Origin: Chiloscyllium plagiosum
Taxonomy: Eukaryota
Direction of reading: 5' to 3'
Assembly (NCBI RefSeq): GCF_004010195.1
Contig: NC_057719.1
Span: forward strand, 63,983,196 to 64,047,195
Length of the DNA stretch: 64,000 bases
Below the pieces are notes generated by a model, which ran no database searches, had not been told where the DNA came from, and saw nothing but the letters and a program-made list of their open reading frames with translations. Made by a program: the position numbers and the translations under genes. Below, piece after piece: positions 13,640-26,942 of the stretch (the first letter of the stretch is position 1; every line of letters begins with the position of its first letter).

Positions 13640-13848
13640 AAATAGATGAACTGCTGTCTTCTCTAAAACACATACAACACAGCCTGGTTGACAGCCAGAG
13701 TCAGGATGATGTGGCTCTCATTTTGCAACTGGTTCAGAACCAGGATTTTCAAAATGCGTTCAACATTCACAATACAGTAGCCATTCACATGCACAAGATG
13801 AGTCCACCATACCCTGTGAGCGCCAATGCACAGGATCTGTCCCAGGAG
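13640..13848 (+). CDS. PALS1: PALS1 coding exon 2, L27N domain
   Basis: [24 protein letters not shown]...AQDLSQE; ctAG acceptor, GAG|GTAGGT donor; 209 nt. Confidence 0.96.
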
Positions 13849-15788
13849 GTAGGTTCATTGCTAAATAAATTAAAGAATGAGTTGTAAATTTTTTCTTTGT
13901 TTTTAACTGCAACTTTTGCAGACTTCGCTAATTTAAATTGTGATGCTAAACTGTTGCCTTTGTTAGCAATGTGTTCCTCTGGGGCAACAGGTTTTACTTA
14001 CAGTTCTACTGCAAGGACAGTATCTCCAGTGTTCTCTACGCTGCCATCTGTCCATCAAAACACTGGCTCCTTCCCTGCCTGTTCTTCATCTGGTTGCTAC
14101 TTTTTTTTTGTAGTGTCAACCAGTTGAGTGGGCTTACCTTCCACGAGATGGTACAACTACCATTGACCTGATAGCTTTTACTGTATTATTGAATCCAAAT
14201 TTACATGTTGCAGAAGCTTGTGCATTGTTCAGCTGACCACTGCTTGGAATTCATTACTTTTTCAGCTCTCAATGGTGCAGATCCTTGTGCTTTAATACAG
14301 GAGCTGAGCTTTAAATGCAAAATCAGGACATTTAAGAATACTGCATTGCCCTTACTCAATCCCCAGAATTACCAAGATGCTTCACGTATTAAGCCCTTTG
14401 ACCTATTTTTACTATTCTGAAATGGGTTGCTGTTGAAATTCGTAATCAGAATTTACCTTGCGCTCCTTTTTCTCCTGGAATTATGCAAGAGCTCAAGGGA
14501 CTCCTGGAATCAGTTTCATGATCCAGGTTGCACTGCTTCATATCTCTTAGCTACCTGTTTTCCCACCTTCTTAAAAATAGGTTAGCATTACACCTCTTGA
14601 TTTCCTCATTCCTAAATTTTTAAATATTCCTACACTCTCAAACTATCTTTCAGTGCTGTCTTGCTGTGTTATCATTCCTGCTTTCATTTTTTTTCATCAA
14701 AGACATGTCTCTTAGACCATGCTGCCTTTTCAAAATGTGCTCAATTTCCTGGTAGGAATTTACCTCTTCCTCCTTGCAAATTTCCTTTTCCTCCTTGTAA
14801 AGCATTGAGGGACAATATATTAGGAAAACTAGAAAAATATGAACTCTTCTCAGTTAATCCAAGTAGACAAAATTACGTTTTTCATTAATATAAGAACAGT
14901 ACTACAGTTGGTGATGGTTAACTTAAGACTGAAGTGTTAACTTAAGTGTTTTAATGCTCTGTGCATCAATTATGGGGCAAGTAATTTCAGTTAGTAACAA
15001 CTAACTGTCCCCACCAGCAAGAAGAGTTGCAGGGTAAGGAATGATGGGCTTGATGTCACGGGACCTGGGTAGGGGTTCAGTGTGATCAGAGGCCAAGGCC
15101 AAAGTTGGCTTTCGTGGCCCACCCCTGCCCCGCTAGGTCCTAGACTGGGGCACCAGATAAGGTGCCCTGGTTTCTCTGTCAGGAAATCTCACTTATCTGC
15201 GAGGGTAGGCAGATTACAAGCCCAGTGGCAAGTTGAGGCCCTCAAAACTGTAAATTGACCATTTAAAGTCCTTAGTTGTTGGCAGGCCCCAAAGGCCATC
15301 CATAAATCATCATCTCTCCCAGATCTTAATTGCTGAGGTTTTGTGAAGGAAATTGGCCAAACTGCCCAATTATTTGACCTTTCTTCTCCCTTTCTCACCA
15401 CCTGCATGGAAAGGTGGATGCTGGAAATCAGGAACAAAAATAGAAATTGCTGGAAAAAGCTCAGTAGATCTGGCAGTGCCAGTGGAGAGAAAGCATTGTT
15501 AAAATGTTTAAGATTGTGACCCTTCAAATCATCATCAGTGAAGATGATAGCAATTGATTGTGACACATGCAACCTGTGGAATGGCGAGGTTAATCTGGTA
15601 TTAGTTTTAAAGAAATCTGTTTTCATGCGCTTGTACAAGGTCTGAGTGATTTAAGGCAGGATAGAAGCAGGCTCTTTTGAATTATTCATTTACAAGATAT
15701 AAGCGATGCTGACTAGGCCAGCATTCATTGACCATTTCTCATTGGCCAAAGAATATTTGACAATCAAAACATTGCTGTGGGTGTAGAG

Positions 15789-15994
15789 CTGAAAAATATG
15801 TTGCTGGAAAAGCGCAGCAGGTCAGGCAGCATCCAAGGAGCAGGAGAATCGACCTTTCGGGCATAAGTCCTTCTTCAGGCTTATGCCCGAAACGTGGATT
15901 CTCCTGCTCCTTGGATGCTGCCTGACATCCTGCGCTTTTCCAGCAACATATTTTTCAGCTCTGATCTCCAGCGTCTGTAGTCCTCACTTTCTCC
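15789..15994 (+). mobile_element. Penelope-terminus hairpin insertion (family A)
   Basis: Inverted arms; perfect 14 bp TSD ctgtgggtgtagag at 15775-88 / 15995-16008. Confidence 0.88.
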
Positions 15995-17350
15995 CTGTGG
16001 GTGTAGAGTCTTATGTAGGCCAGACCAGGCGAGGATGGCAGTTTCCTTCGCTGTGAGCCAGATGGGTTTTTCCCTGATAATTGACAATGGTTTCGTAGTC
16101 ATCATTAGACATCTTTAATTCCAGATTTATAATGAATTCAAATTCCAACATCTGCCATGGCAGGTCTCTAGATCTGGTGTTCAGATTAATAAACTGGCAA
16201 TGATAGAACAAGAAGGATCTTTTTCATTCAGTGTTGTCATGATCTGGAGCTCACTGTATACTAGAATGGTGGAAATAGAGATGATCAATGATTTCAAAAA
16301 ATAAATTTGATGGGTACTTGAAGGAAATCTGATTGTAGGGCTACAGGGATAAAACAGGGTAATGGGATAGACTGAATTGCTCTGAAGATATGGTCTGAAT
16401 TGGGCCTCCATCTCTGCTGTAATAACTTCATGACCATGATGGCTCAAGGGGAGTGTTCAGGTGGCTTTCAGAAGTCGACACAAGTAATAATTTTTCAAGC
16501 ATTACCCATGTCTGAAGAACGGAAGAAGTCTTGCAATGTTTTTTCTCTCATTTTGCTTTGACTGTTGTCTCTCTTGTTGCTGTTTATAGCTATAGATTAT
16601 TTCCCCAGTTTGGTGAACAGGAGAGAATGTGTAAGTAAGTGGGTCATAAGATTGTATCCCTTGTAACTGACCCTAACGTACAGTTCTATAAAATTGTTAG
16701 AAAGAATATTGTATCTCGAAAGAAGAATTTGATCAAGCAGTGCTCTTGAACTTGTGATGTATTGCTGGTAATTAAGGCTATTTAGCATCAAATTTCAATC
16801 TGCCTCTAAGAACATAAACCTGAAAATTAAAGAGTAATATTACATGTTATTCTTATTAAATAATCAAAAGAAGATAGACCATGAACAGACTAGCTAGCTG
16901 CCTCCATGCAAGAAATATAGAAATGCCATGTTTCCTTCCATATCCAAAGTAGCGGAAGTGTTTTTTGATCCGCTGTCCTTCACTTTCCCACCAAATGTTA
17001 ATTTTTTAAAAATGTGGAAGTAATTTTTGTTTGTTTTGCAACATTGTAACCGCATGTATTTGCATGCTAAATTTGGATTGGTTGCAGTGTTTGAGTAAGA
17101 ATTATTATGTATAATTTATTTTAACCCATCGGCTTTCAACATGATTTCACAAGGTTTTTATTTACATCGGTGAGCAGTGCACTCTCTTCCACAGACTTGC
17201 AGCTGGAAGAGAAAACTTCCAAATCTTTTGCTAAATCCAGACATCATTATGAAAACATGTTGAAAAGGTGCTGCTTTGTCACAATTTTATTGAAATTGAG
17301 GCCTATTGTATGGATATATAATTGGTATTCATCACTGCCTTTTTTTTAAG

Positions 17351-17428
17351 GTGCAGAAGATTTTGACCATTAGTCACCAAAAAGATGGACAGGAACTCTG
17401 TGCTCTTCTGGCATCACCACACTTTGAA
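17351..17428 (+). CDS. PALS1: PALS1 coding exon 3, L27C domain
   Basis: VQKILTISHQKDGQELCALLASPHFE; ttttaAG / GTATGT; 78 nt. Confidence 0.94.
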
Positions 17429-17529
17429 GTATGTGCTTCAATTACTTTTGTTAATCGTTGTACTGCATATTCTAATAACATAAACTTTTTAAGATTGATT
17501 TAGCTAAATTGAAGAAATTTTAATTTGAA

Positions 17530-18320
17530 CTCCTGGATGGACCTTTTGCTAACTAGCATAGTTTTGGCTATTGTAGACATTCTCAATTTAATGGCTTACT
17601 GGCTTGACTGAGACACTACTTCATGAATGATCTCTCCCGCTTGACTAGTCATGCTCCTGCTGAGTCACCCTTGGTGCTGGTCATTGAAACTTCCCAACCC
17701 TGACTACATTTTGCACCTTTGCCAACCTCAGTGCTTCCTCCAGGTGGTGTCCAACATGGAGGAGCACTGCTTTATCAGCCTAGGGAGGACTGTACATGGT
17801 AATCAGCATAAGGTTTCCTTGCCAATGTTTAATCTGAAGCCATGAGACTTCATGGAGTCCACAACCAATGTTGAGGACTCCTAGTGCAATGCCCTCCAGA
17901 CTGTATATCATGTGCCACCAACCCTGCTGGGTCTGTCATGCCAGTGGGACAGGACACATCCAGGAATGGTGATGGTGGTCTCTGGGACTTAGTCTGTCAG
18001 GTAAGATTCCATGAATATGACTGTTTGTTTGACTATGCTGTGAGTCAGTTCTCCTAATTTTGGTACTAGCCCCCAGGTATTCTATGGAGGAGGGCTTTGC
18101 TGGGTCGACAGGGCTGTTTCTGCTGTAGTCTTTTCTGGGGCCTAGATCAATGCCAGGTGGTCTGCTCCGTTTCACTTCTTTACTGAGACATTGTAGCAAT
18201 TGATACAACTCAGTGACATGCTAGGCAATTTCAGAGGGAAGTTGAGAATCAACTGCATTGATGTTGGTCTGGAATCGCATGTAGGCTCGACCAGGTGAAG
18301 ATGGCAGATTTCCTTCCCTT
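17530..18320 (-). mobile_element. Old LINE (CR1/L2 group) endonuclease-region fragment
   Basis: Homologous to 30950-31390; heavily decayed. Confidence 0.55.
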
Positions 18321-18470
18321 AAGAATATAATTTGACCAATTTCTTTGCTGCAACATCTATTCCTATATAATTAAGTTAACTGTATTTTTAACAGAAGAAA
18401 ATATAAATCTTTAAAAACAAGGACTTCTTTCTATATACTTCGTTCCTAAAATATCTCTGTCCAACTAACA

Positions 18471-18823
18471 GAATCATAGAATCCCTACAGTATGGAAACA
18501 GGTCCTTCAGCCCAAGTCCACACCGACCTCTGAAGAGCAACCCACCCAGATCCGCTCCCCCACTCCACTACTTTACATTTGTCCCTAACTAATGCACCTG
18601 ACCTACACATTCCTGAATCTTTATGGATGATTTAGCATGGGCAATTCACATAACCAGTGCATCTTTGGACTGTGGGAGGAAACCGGAGCGCCCAGAGGAA
18701 AACCCACACAGACACTGGGAGAACATGCAAACTCCACACAAATAGTTATCCAAGGCTGGGATCAAACCAAAATCCTTGGCACTGACCAGCAGCATTGTGA
18801 ATCACCAAGCCATCGTGCTACCC
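18471..18823 (-). mobile_element. tRNA-derived V-SINE (HE1-like)
   Basis: Reverse complement of the 26595-26942 family; CR1-like 3' tail. Confidence 0.8.
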
Positions 18824-18824
18824 A

Positions 18825-20460
18825 TACTTGACCTCATCCATGCCAATCTCCTGACTGCAGATTCACTTGTCCATCACCGTAAGAGTGACCATTGCACGAT
18901 CCTTATGAAGACAAGGTCCCACCTTCACATTGACAACACCTTTTCTCGTGTTGCATGGTACTATCGTCGTGCCAAATGGGGGCAGACTTGGAACAGATCT
19001 ACAGCTGAAGACTAAACACCCATGAAGCACTGTTGGCCATTAACAGCAGAAGAATTATACTCCACAATCTGCAAACTCATGGCCCAACATATTCCCCTTT
19101 CAACCATTACCATCAAGTCAGGGGATCAACCCTGGTTCAATGGCGAGTGCAGAGAGGGCATGACATGAGCAGCAGCAGGAATACCTAAAAATGAGGTGTT
19201 AACCTGGTGAAACAACTAAACATGACTGTTCACATGCCAAACTGCATAAGCAGCTAGTGATAGGTCTAAGCTATCCCCACCGCCAGCAGATCAGATCTAA
19301 GCTCTGCAGTGCTGCCATATCCAGTCATGAATGGTGGTGAGCAATTAACTAAACCACTGAAGGAGGACGCGGCAAATATCCCCATCATCCAATGAAGGAA
19401 GAGTCCAATACATAGTGGAAAAGAAAAGGCTGAACCATTTGCAATAGTCTTCAGCTAGAAGTACAAGTGGATGATCCATCTTGGTCTCCTCAGTAGTCTA
19501 CAAAATTGCAGGTTGCAGTTTTCAGCCAATTGGATACACTCTATATGATATCTAGAAGAGGTTGGAGGCATTGTATTGCAAAGGCATTGGGCCCTGACAA
19601 CCTTCCAGCAATAAAACTTGATTCTCATCCTCCAGAACTTGCCACTCCATTAGCCAAGCCTTTCCAGTTACAACACTGGCGTCTACCCAACAATGTGGAA
19701 ATTACCCAGGTATGTCCTGCACTCAAATAGGAGAACAAATCAAATCCAACCCACCCCACCATAGCAAAGTGTTAGGAGATGTCATCAACAGTGCTATCGA
19801 GCAGCATCTGTTCAGTGATGCTCACTTTGGGTTCTACTGGGCCACTCAGCTTCTGACCTTATTGTAGCCTTGGCTCAAACACGGACAAAAGAACTGGATT
19901 CAGTGGTGAGATGAGTGTGACAGCCATTGATATCAAGGCTGCATTTGACTGAGTGTCATAAGGTAGCCCTAGCAAACTGGAAGTAATTGCTATCACAGAG
20001 CAAACTCATCACTGGTTGGAGTCATATCTGACACATAGGAATATGGTTGTGGTTGTTTGAGGTCGGTCATCTCCATTCCAGGACATCTCTGCGAGAGTTC
20101 CTCAGGGTATTGTCCGAGACCCACTCATATTCAGCTACTTCATCAATAACCTTACACACTCACGCTCACACTCACTCATATGCTCAGATGTGGGATGTTC
20201 ACTGATATGTCCAAATGAAACAAGATATGGACGATATCCAAGCTTGAGCTGATGAGTGGTAAGTAACATTCACACCAGATAAATGTCAGACAAATGACCA
20301 TCTGTGATCAGAATCAATCTAACCACTGTCCATTGATATTCAATTGTGTTACCATTGACCAGAAACTTAACTGGACTCGCCATATATACACAGGCTACAA
20401 GAGCAGGTCAGATGTTCGGGATACTGCAGTGAGTAAACTCACCACCTGACTCCCCAAAGA
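18825..20460 (+). mobile_element. Old LINE (CR1/L2 group) RT fragment
   Basis: KALGPDNLPA...PELATPLAKPFQ; DIKAAFD; VPQG remnants. Confidence 0.75.
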
Positions 20461-20629
20461 ATGTCCATATCTATATCTTGCTGCTTATTGTTTTCTTTTA
20501 AATCTTAGTTTAAAAGCAAATCTTTTTATCAATTAGGAAAATTACAGCAGTAATAAGATACTTGATATACAAAGCAATTATTAGAGTTTGATATACCTTG
20601 TATTTTCAGGGAGAGAGGGGGTGAAATCA

Positions 20630-20845
20630 GTTGGCTCAATTAGCTGGACAGCTGCTTTGCAATGCAAAGTAACACTAATAACGTGCGTTCAATTCCTGCA
20701 CTAGCTGAGGTTACCATGAAAAGCTGTCATTCTCAACCTCTCCCTTTCCCTGAGGCATCATGATCCTAAGTTTAAACCGCCACTAGTCATCTCTTTCCAC
20801 TGGGAAAGCAGCCTTATAGCCTGTAGGATTAAGGTGATTTGCCTT
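20630..20845 (+). mobile_element. tRNA-derived SINE, second family; copies at ~27265-27470(-), 29170-29360(+) and 30120-30305(+)
   Basis: A-box-like tggctcaattagc, B-box-like gttcaattcc, shared gctgaggttaccatgaa core. Confidence 0.65.
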
Positions 20846-20949
20846 TTTAACCTACACTCAACAAGTTGCTGATGCTTGAAGAATCTATTAGTATTATTTC
20901 TCTAAAGTAATGTGTAGGGAAAATAAAACAAAACAAGCAACCGCATACA

Positions 20950-21165
20950 CTGGAGATCTGAAACAAAAAAAGTGCTTGAGAAAATCTGCAAGTCTGGTGC
21001 CACGTGTTGAGAGAAAAACTGAGTTCATGTTTTGACCCCGGTGGTCCTTTTAGTCAGAACTGTTCTGACGAAGCGTTACTAGAGTTAATGTTAACTCTAT
21101 TTTTTTTCTCTCTCTGCAGATGCTTCCAGACCTGCTGAGTTTCTCCAGCATTACTTGTTTTTGAA
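20950..21165. mobile_element. Old degenerate hairpin element (family C); relatives near 680-830, 15420-15540, 28080-28230, 31410-31520, 32645-32730 and 37490-37590
   Basis: Imperfect inverted arms sharing ...ccagacctgctgagtttctccagc; decayed ctgacga core at ~21064. Confidence 0.6.
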
Positions 21166-21245
21166 GGTGAAAGGATTTGCTGTTTATAGTACTGCATGAG
21201 CAAATTTTAATTGTTATGGACAATCTTTTTTGATCTCTATTTCAG

Positions 21246-21392
21246 GCACTACTTCAAGCCCATGATGGAGTAGCACAACAAGAAATGCTACTGGAGCCAT
21301 CAAACGATGATCACGTCTATGAAAGAGTAGCTGAGTACGGAGGAGAGACAGTGAAAATTGTTCGGATTGAGAAAGCACGTGATATCCCCCTT
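21246..21392 (+). CDS. PALS1: PALS1 coding exon 4, end of L27C and start of PDZ (absent from ORF track)
   Basis: [18 protein letters not shown]...[19 protein letters not shown]; tttcAG / GTGAGT; 147 nt. Confidence 0.95.
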
Positions 21393-24088
21393 GTGAGTAT
21401 CAGGTTCTGCTCATATTTTTACATGCATTTTGCATTTACATGAAATGCTAGAATAACAGACTGTTGCTGAATAAATGCTATAACTTCACCTTCGCTAATT
21501 GTCATAAGCTAATGTAGAGTCATCCCTAGATTTGACTATTTTTGATGTTAGAACTCCTGTAGTATTGTTCTCTAATTTCTTTGTACCACTTTTGCTTAAT
21601 CGTGACATCAGGGCTTGCTCAGATAAAATACCAGAAATGGACATAGTTTGACAATCATGTTACTTTTCGGCAATTTGGAAAGCACGCAGTGATGGGATTG
21701 TTCTATTTTAGCACTCTAGGTAAAGCAATCTCCCCAAGTAAGATATATCAGCAGAAATCCTTTGATCCAGGAAAACAAAAAAGCAACAAGTGCCTTGAAA
21801 TAATCCCATTGCTGAAATAAAGGCTTTGAAGCAAAAAAACTAGGGATCCTGTGTGACCACCTCCACTACTGGTGTCTTGGTGCATGCCTCCTTATGCACT
21901 TGTGGAGAGTGACAAATAACATTGCACATTGCCAAAGAGTACTGTCTCTACGGACAAAGTGGCGGTTAATCACCTGAAACTCACTTTGAGCAGGCCATCG
22001 CTTGGCATCAGGGATTTGTGTTCGCTAAGCAAAATCAATGGCAGCATTATCATAACTATTCTAACAATCTTGGAAGATGAGCAATTGCATTTATTAAAGC
22101 AAAGGAAGATAAAAGAATATACATTTTAGAATCTTTTAGATCTCCTTGAGGTAAAAAGTTTTAACCTGAGACCAAGGTCAGCTGATTTCTTGGGTTCTGC
22201 CAGGAATGCTCCATGATGTATTCCAAGGGATTATTCTTATTTGTGAATTAGAATAATGGATATTGATGCAGCAGCGTTCATAATTTTAGTGTAACTTAGA
22301 GTCATAGTTGTATAGTACAGAAACAGACAATTGAGGAATAATTATATTACTTTCTAATAGGATATTACACAACTTTTCCAAAAGAAGAGGTACCTGGCCA
22401 ATAGGGGTTTTCCTTTCCAACAGGACACATTAAGAAATTGAAACCCATGGTTTTCTGCCTTTTTTGTAAAGCATGGAAAAACTTGACATGCCTGCAATTT
22501 CTTTATCTGCATAAGTGATTTGCAAAACCCTCAATCACCAGCTTTAAATGAAAAATTATCATTTTTGTTTCATTCTTGGGCTTCCAAGGAGTGTTGTGTG
22601 TGATATGGGCCAAGCATAGGCAGGTGGGACTAGCTTGATTTTTTTTTTATATATTTGTATATGTAGCAGGAGTCATTCTCTAATAATTTATTCATTTAAT
22701 GACAAATTGTTTTCCTACTGAAGTTTGCGATTTTGTAGCCAACTGTAGTTTTGCTAATCTAGTGGTGAGATCAACTAAGTTAACGTGTGCTGTGATTGAA
22801 AATCGGACCTAACTTAGCTGAAGAGCTCTGCTTGAATTTGAATTTTGTAAATACTAATTAGATATGTCATATTTAATGGGATTTGTCATTTTTTCCTTGC
22901 TTTTTCTCCTTCCTATACTGGAAAGATCTGTATCATGGTAGTAAAGCCTCTTCTAATTATCACAGGTTATAATCAACTATTTCAACATGCATCTAAGAAT
23001 ATCATGGTAAGCTCAGCCTAACTACTAACTTGTAAAGTAATTGACCCGACAAAAATGAAACACAACAGTATGATGTGTACTTCATTTTGATACACACTTC
23101 TCTGTGGCACAAGTTAGCAGTGTTTGGTTTCAGAAGCTTATTTCAGTTGTGAATGCATACGATGCTAAAGACCATTCCTGGAAATAAATATTGTACTATT
23201 TTTGAGTTTTTTAAAATTCATTTAGGAGATTTTGGTGGTTTTAGCTGGACCAACATTTATTGCCAATCCCAAAATGCAAGAATCAAGCACATTGTTATGG
23301 GTGTAGAGTCACATGTAGGCCAGACCAGGCAAAGATGAGAGATTTTCTTTTCTGAAGGACATTAGTGAACCAGATGGATTTTTATAACAAACAGTAGTGT
23401 TATTGGTTGCCATTAGACTAGTTTTTAGTTTCAGATTTTTATTGAATTCAGATATAACTGTATGCCATTCAAATCCATATCCCCAGAACACTAGCTTGGG
23501 GTTCTGGATTATTTATACCCTTCATTGCACTAAACAGTATTTACAGGGCATAGTTAAGAACTTCCAAAGAGCACAATTGATTTATTTCCTTTGTTTCATT
23601 GTGTGGGGGCATAACAGTTCAGCGTAAGAGTTGTAATAGGTTGTAAAGAGGCAATTTTGTAGATTGGCAAGAGTTAAGATAAGATGGATAAAATAAATGT
23701 GTAGTAACTTTGTAGAATCACTATTGCTGTCACTGCAATTTTGAACTTAAAAGCATTCAAAAATGAGTGTTTGTGATATGAAATATTGGAATGCTCTGTT
23801 AGAAATTAAAAATTGATTTCTGGAGCTTCATTTGACATATTTCCCCTTGCAATATATTTGGAAGGAGCTAACAAATGATATCAAAATTTTGCTTGAGAAA
23901 GTTTCACTTGAGTGTATTGTAAAATTAATGGATAAAAATAGAAAAGGATTTGGAACATGTTAATCAGATCCTATGGAATATGAAATGTAGACATGAAATC
24001 TGTGTGCACGTACCACTTGATAATTGTAGCATTGACTCGCTCCCCCAGAGAGCAGATTCAAGATTACCAAGTTCAAAACTAAACAGTG

Positions 24089-24292
24089 CTGAAAATGTGT
24101 TGCTGGAAAAGCGCAGCAGGTCAGGCAGCATCCAAGGAACAGGAGAATCGACGTTTCGGGCATAAGCCCTTCTTCAGGCTTATGCCCGAAACATCAATTC
24201 TCCTGTTCCTTGGATGCTGCCTGACCTGCTGCGCTCTTCCAGCAACACATTTTCAGCTCTGATCTCCAGCATCTGCAGCCCTCACTTTCTCC
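24089..24292 (+). mobile_element. Penelope-terminus hairpin insertion (family A)
   Basis: Inverted arms; perfect 16 bp TSD tcaaaactaaacagtg at 24073-88 / 24293-308. Confidence 0.88.
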
Positions 24293-25392
24293 TCAAAACT
24301 AAACAGTGGCATGAAAAGAAAATAGGTGGTGCCAAGGTGTAAGCTGTGTTTCAATACCTGATTACATTAATTTGAAAGCTCATGCATCATACAGGTTGAG
24401 TGTTTAAAATCTGAATTTTTGAGACCAGTTTATATTTTATATATTGATGAGTAAACAATAAGTTGAAGAGTCTTAAAATCAATTTTTCCATTTAACTGCC
24501 CTTTAATTTATTGTGGGGGCAGTTGGATTAGTAGATTTAACTGTCGTTTGGATGATAACATCTGGCAGGAATTCCCTTTTAGTCTCCTTTTTTATAGAGT
24601 GAGGAATCCTTTGCTCATGTTGTAAAGCTAAACAACAGAATTGTATTTGTGGTTCTCATCCCATCTCAATCTGAGCGGAGGTTAAGACGACAACGCTCAC
24701 AGCAGCAAATTATTTTTAATCAAATCAGCAGCTGGATAGACAACATTGCCTGGTTGCTCTGATGTCACAGAATATTAATAATCATTCAGAGCAACAATAT
24801 AAAATATAGTTATAAATATAAAATATAGCCATAATTATGAACTGCTTTGAAGGTCTGCTATGAGAAATCCGTAGCATAAATTGTTGGCAAACGCTACAGA
24901 GGACATGAAGAAACGATTTACATAGCAACATGTGGTTTGGATTTCACTTCTTGAAGTATGATAGAAGTAGATTCATTGATAACTTTAAAAGGAATATACA
25001 AAGGTTTAAAAAACACACTATGAGAAAATAATAGGAGTTGGACTAGCTAGATAGTTCTGTCATAGAACTGCCATGGCATGACTGTTTTCTCTCTGCATCA
25101 TTCCATGATTCTGACAAATGTGAAAATTATTTTAGGACTGAGCTAAGGAGAGGTCTCTTCATTTGGAGAGTAGTGACCTTACGAAATTGGGGCCAAATCA
25201 CTACACATGTACATATTCCCTAAGATTTTGTTGTTTCTATGAAAGTAATCAATATAGCAATGTCAAATCATTAAAACAGTTGCTGATGTTGTATAACCAA
25301 AGAATAACATCTACTTCCATAGTCCAATAAAGGAGAGAAACCTAAATGTAATTTCAGTGCCATCAAACAGAGTTGCACAATTGGGCTATTTA

Positions 25393-25636
25393 CAGAGGAA
25401 CCTCGATTATCTGAACGAGATGAGTGGGTACCATTTCGTTCGGTTAATCGATTAAATGCCTTTCCTCAGGGGCTCGGAATTTTTTGTCTGCTCCCCATTC
25501 AGGAGACGAGGCAGCACACCGCATGTAAACAAAAGACGCGGTCAGTGTTGGAAACACGTCTTTGATGTAATGTTTCTATTGGGGCCTCGAGATATCCTTT
25601 GGGTAATCCGATATTCGGATAATTGATATTCCTCTG
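25393..25636. mobile_element. Tc1/mariner-pogo (Tigger-like) MITE
   Basis: TA|cagaggaacctcgattatctgaa ... ttcggataattgatattcctctg|TA: ~23 bp imperfect TIRs, TA TSD. Confidence 0.75.
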
Positions 25637-26594
25637 TATATCTCTAAATGTTACCAATTAGTTTCAGTAATTAGAAAGTTCTGAATGTATATTTAAATTA
25701 ATAATTTATACTGTTTCAAGCAGTATAGTATTCAGATAAAATTGTACCATATTACAACATTAAAAACACTGGGTCTCTGGTTACAGACAAGTCTGGTTTG
25801 CGAACAGATTCTGTCTTTGAGTACACTCCACAAGTGGATTTATATGCAAGTCAAGCCATGGTACAAGCCAATACAAAATAGCCATTCACAAGTACAAGGA
25901 AATGCTTGCATGTTGGATCTTTAAAATTAATATTAATGCACCCCTGTATGGGATCACATTTGGAAGTACATATATTCATAAGTCAGGCATTCGTAAATCA
26001 GGAACCACCTGTGTATATCAGAAAGACTAAAAGTTCTCTTTGTAAATTTTTTAATGTTTTTCAAAATAATTGTCATAAAAATAACTAGTTTGAATACTGT
26101 GTCTGGAGAAGATGCTAGCCTCTGATCAGACACTTTTGAATTTGAAATTTAATTTATCTGACAGCATATATAATCAGTCTCACCTGTACAATGGGGCTTG
26201 GATCACTCAATGCAGCACAACTTAAAAGCAAGTTGCTTATAAATTGGTTTATAAATATAAAATTAAATAATATTTTGTTAAATATTCTTGGCATGCCCAC
26301 TGTTGGTGCCCTAGAATTCAGAAATTTAAAGCTTTCTTTACTTTTTGCAGAGAAATAGTTACATTGTTTACCTCTTAAGTCAAGATGAGAAATCTTGCTT
26401 CATTTATCTGCTTGTGAAAGTCATTTACAGTGTTCCAAATTGTAATTCTCTATTCTGACTGCACATGTGCAAAGAATTTCTAGTTGGTACTTGGAAATCT
26501 GATAAAGTTTGATTTTTTTTTTGTAATGTTGCTAAAATTTGCATTAGATTTTTTTTTGTTGTAACAGATCTAACATTACAACACTTGAAGATTA

Positions 26595-26942
26595 GGGGCC
26601 AGCACTGTGGCTCAATGGTTAGCACTGTTGCGCCTCGGTGGCAGGGACCAGGGTTTGATACCAGACTCTGGCAACTGTCTGTGTGGAAATTGCACGTTCT
26701 CACTGTGTCTGCGTGGGTTTCCTCCAAGTGCTCTGGTTTCCTCCATAGTCCAAAGCTGTGCAGGTTTGGTAGATTGGCCATGCTAAATTGCCCACTGTAT
26801 CCAGGGATGTGCCGGCTATGTGTGCTAACCATGGGAAATGCAGGTTTAGAGGGGTGGGTCTGGGTGGGATGCTGTTCAGAGGGTTGGTGTGGACTCAATG
26901 GGCTAAATGGCCTGCTTCCACACTGTAGGGATTCTATGATTC
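26595..26942 (+). mobile_element. Full-length tRNA-derived V-SINE (HE1-like)
   Basis: gtggctcaatggttagc A box, B-box remnant, central gtctgcgtgggtttcctcc..gtgctctggtttcctcc domain, tail gattctatgattc. Confidence 0.85.

Noticed and set aside
15040..15360. GC-richer patch as promoter/CpG island
   Set aside because: Few CpGs; more likely an unidentified old repeat
23950..24165. Recurrent ORF peptides LLEKRSRSGSIQG / MPETSILLLLGCCL (many loci)
   Set aside because: Translations of the repeated non-coding hairpin element, not a gene family
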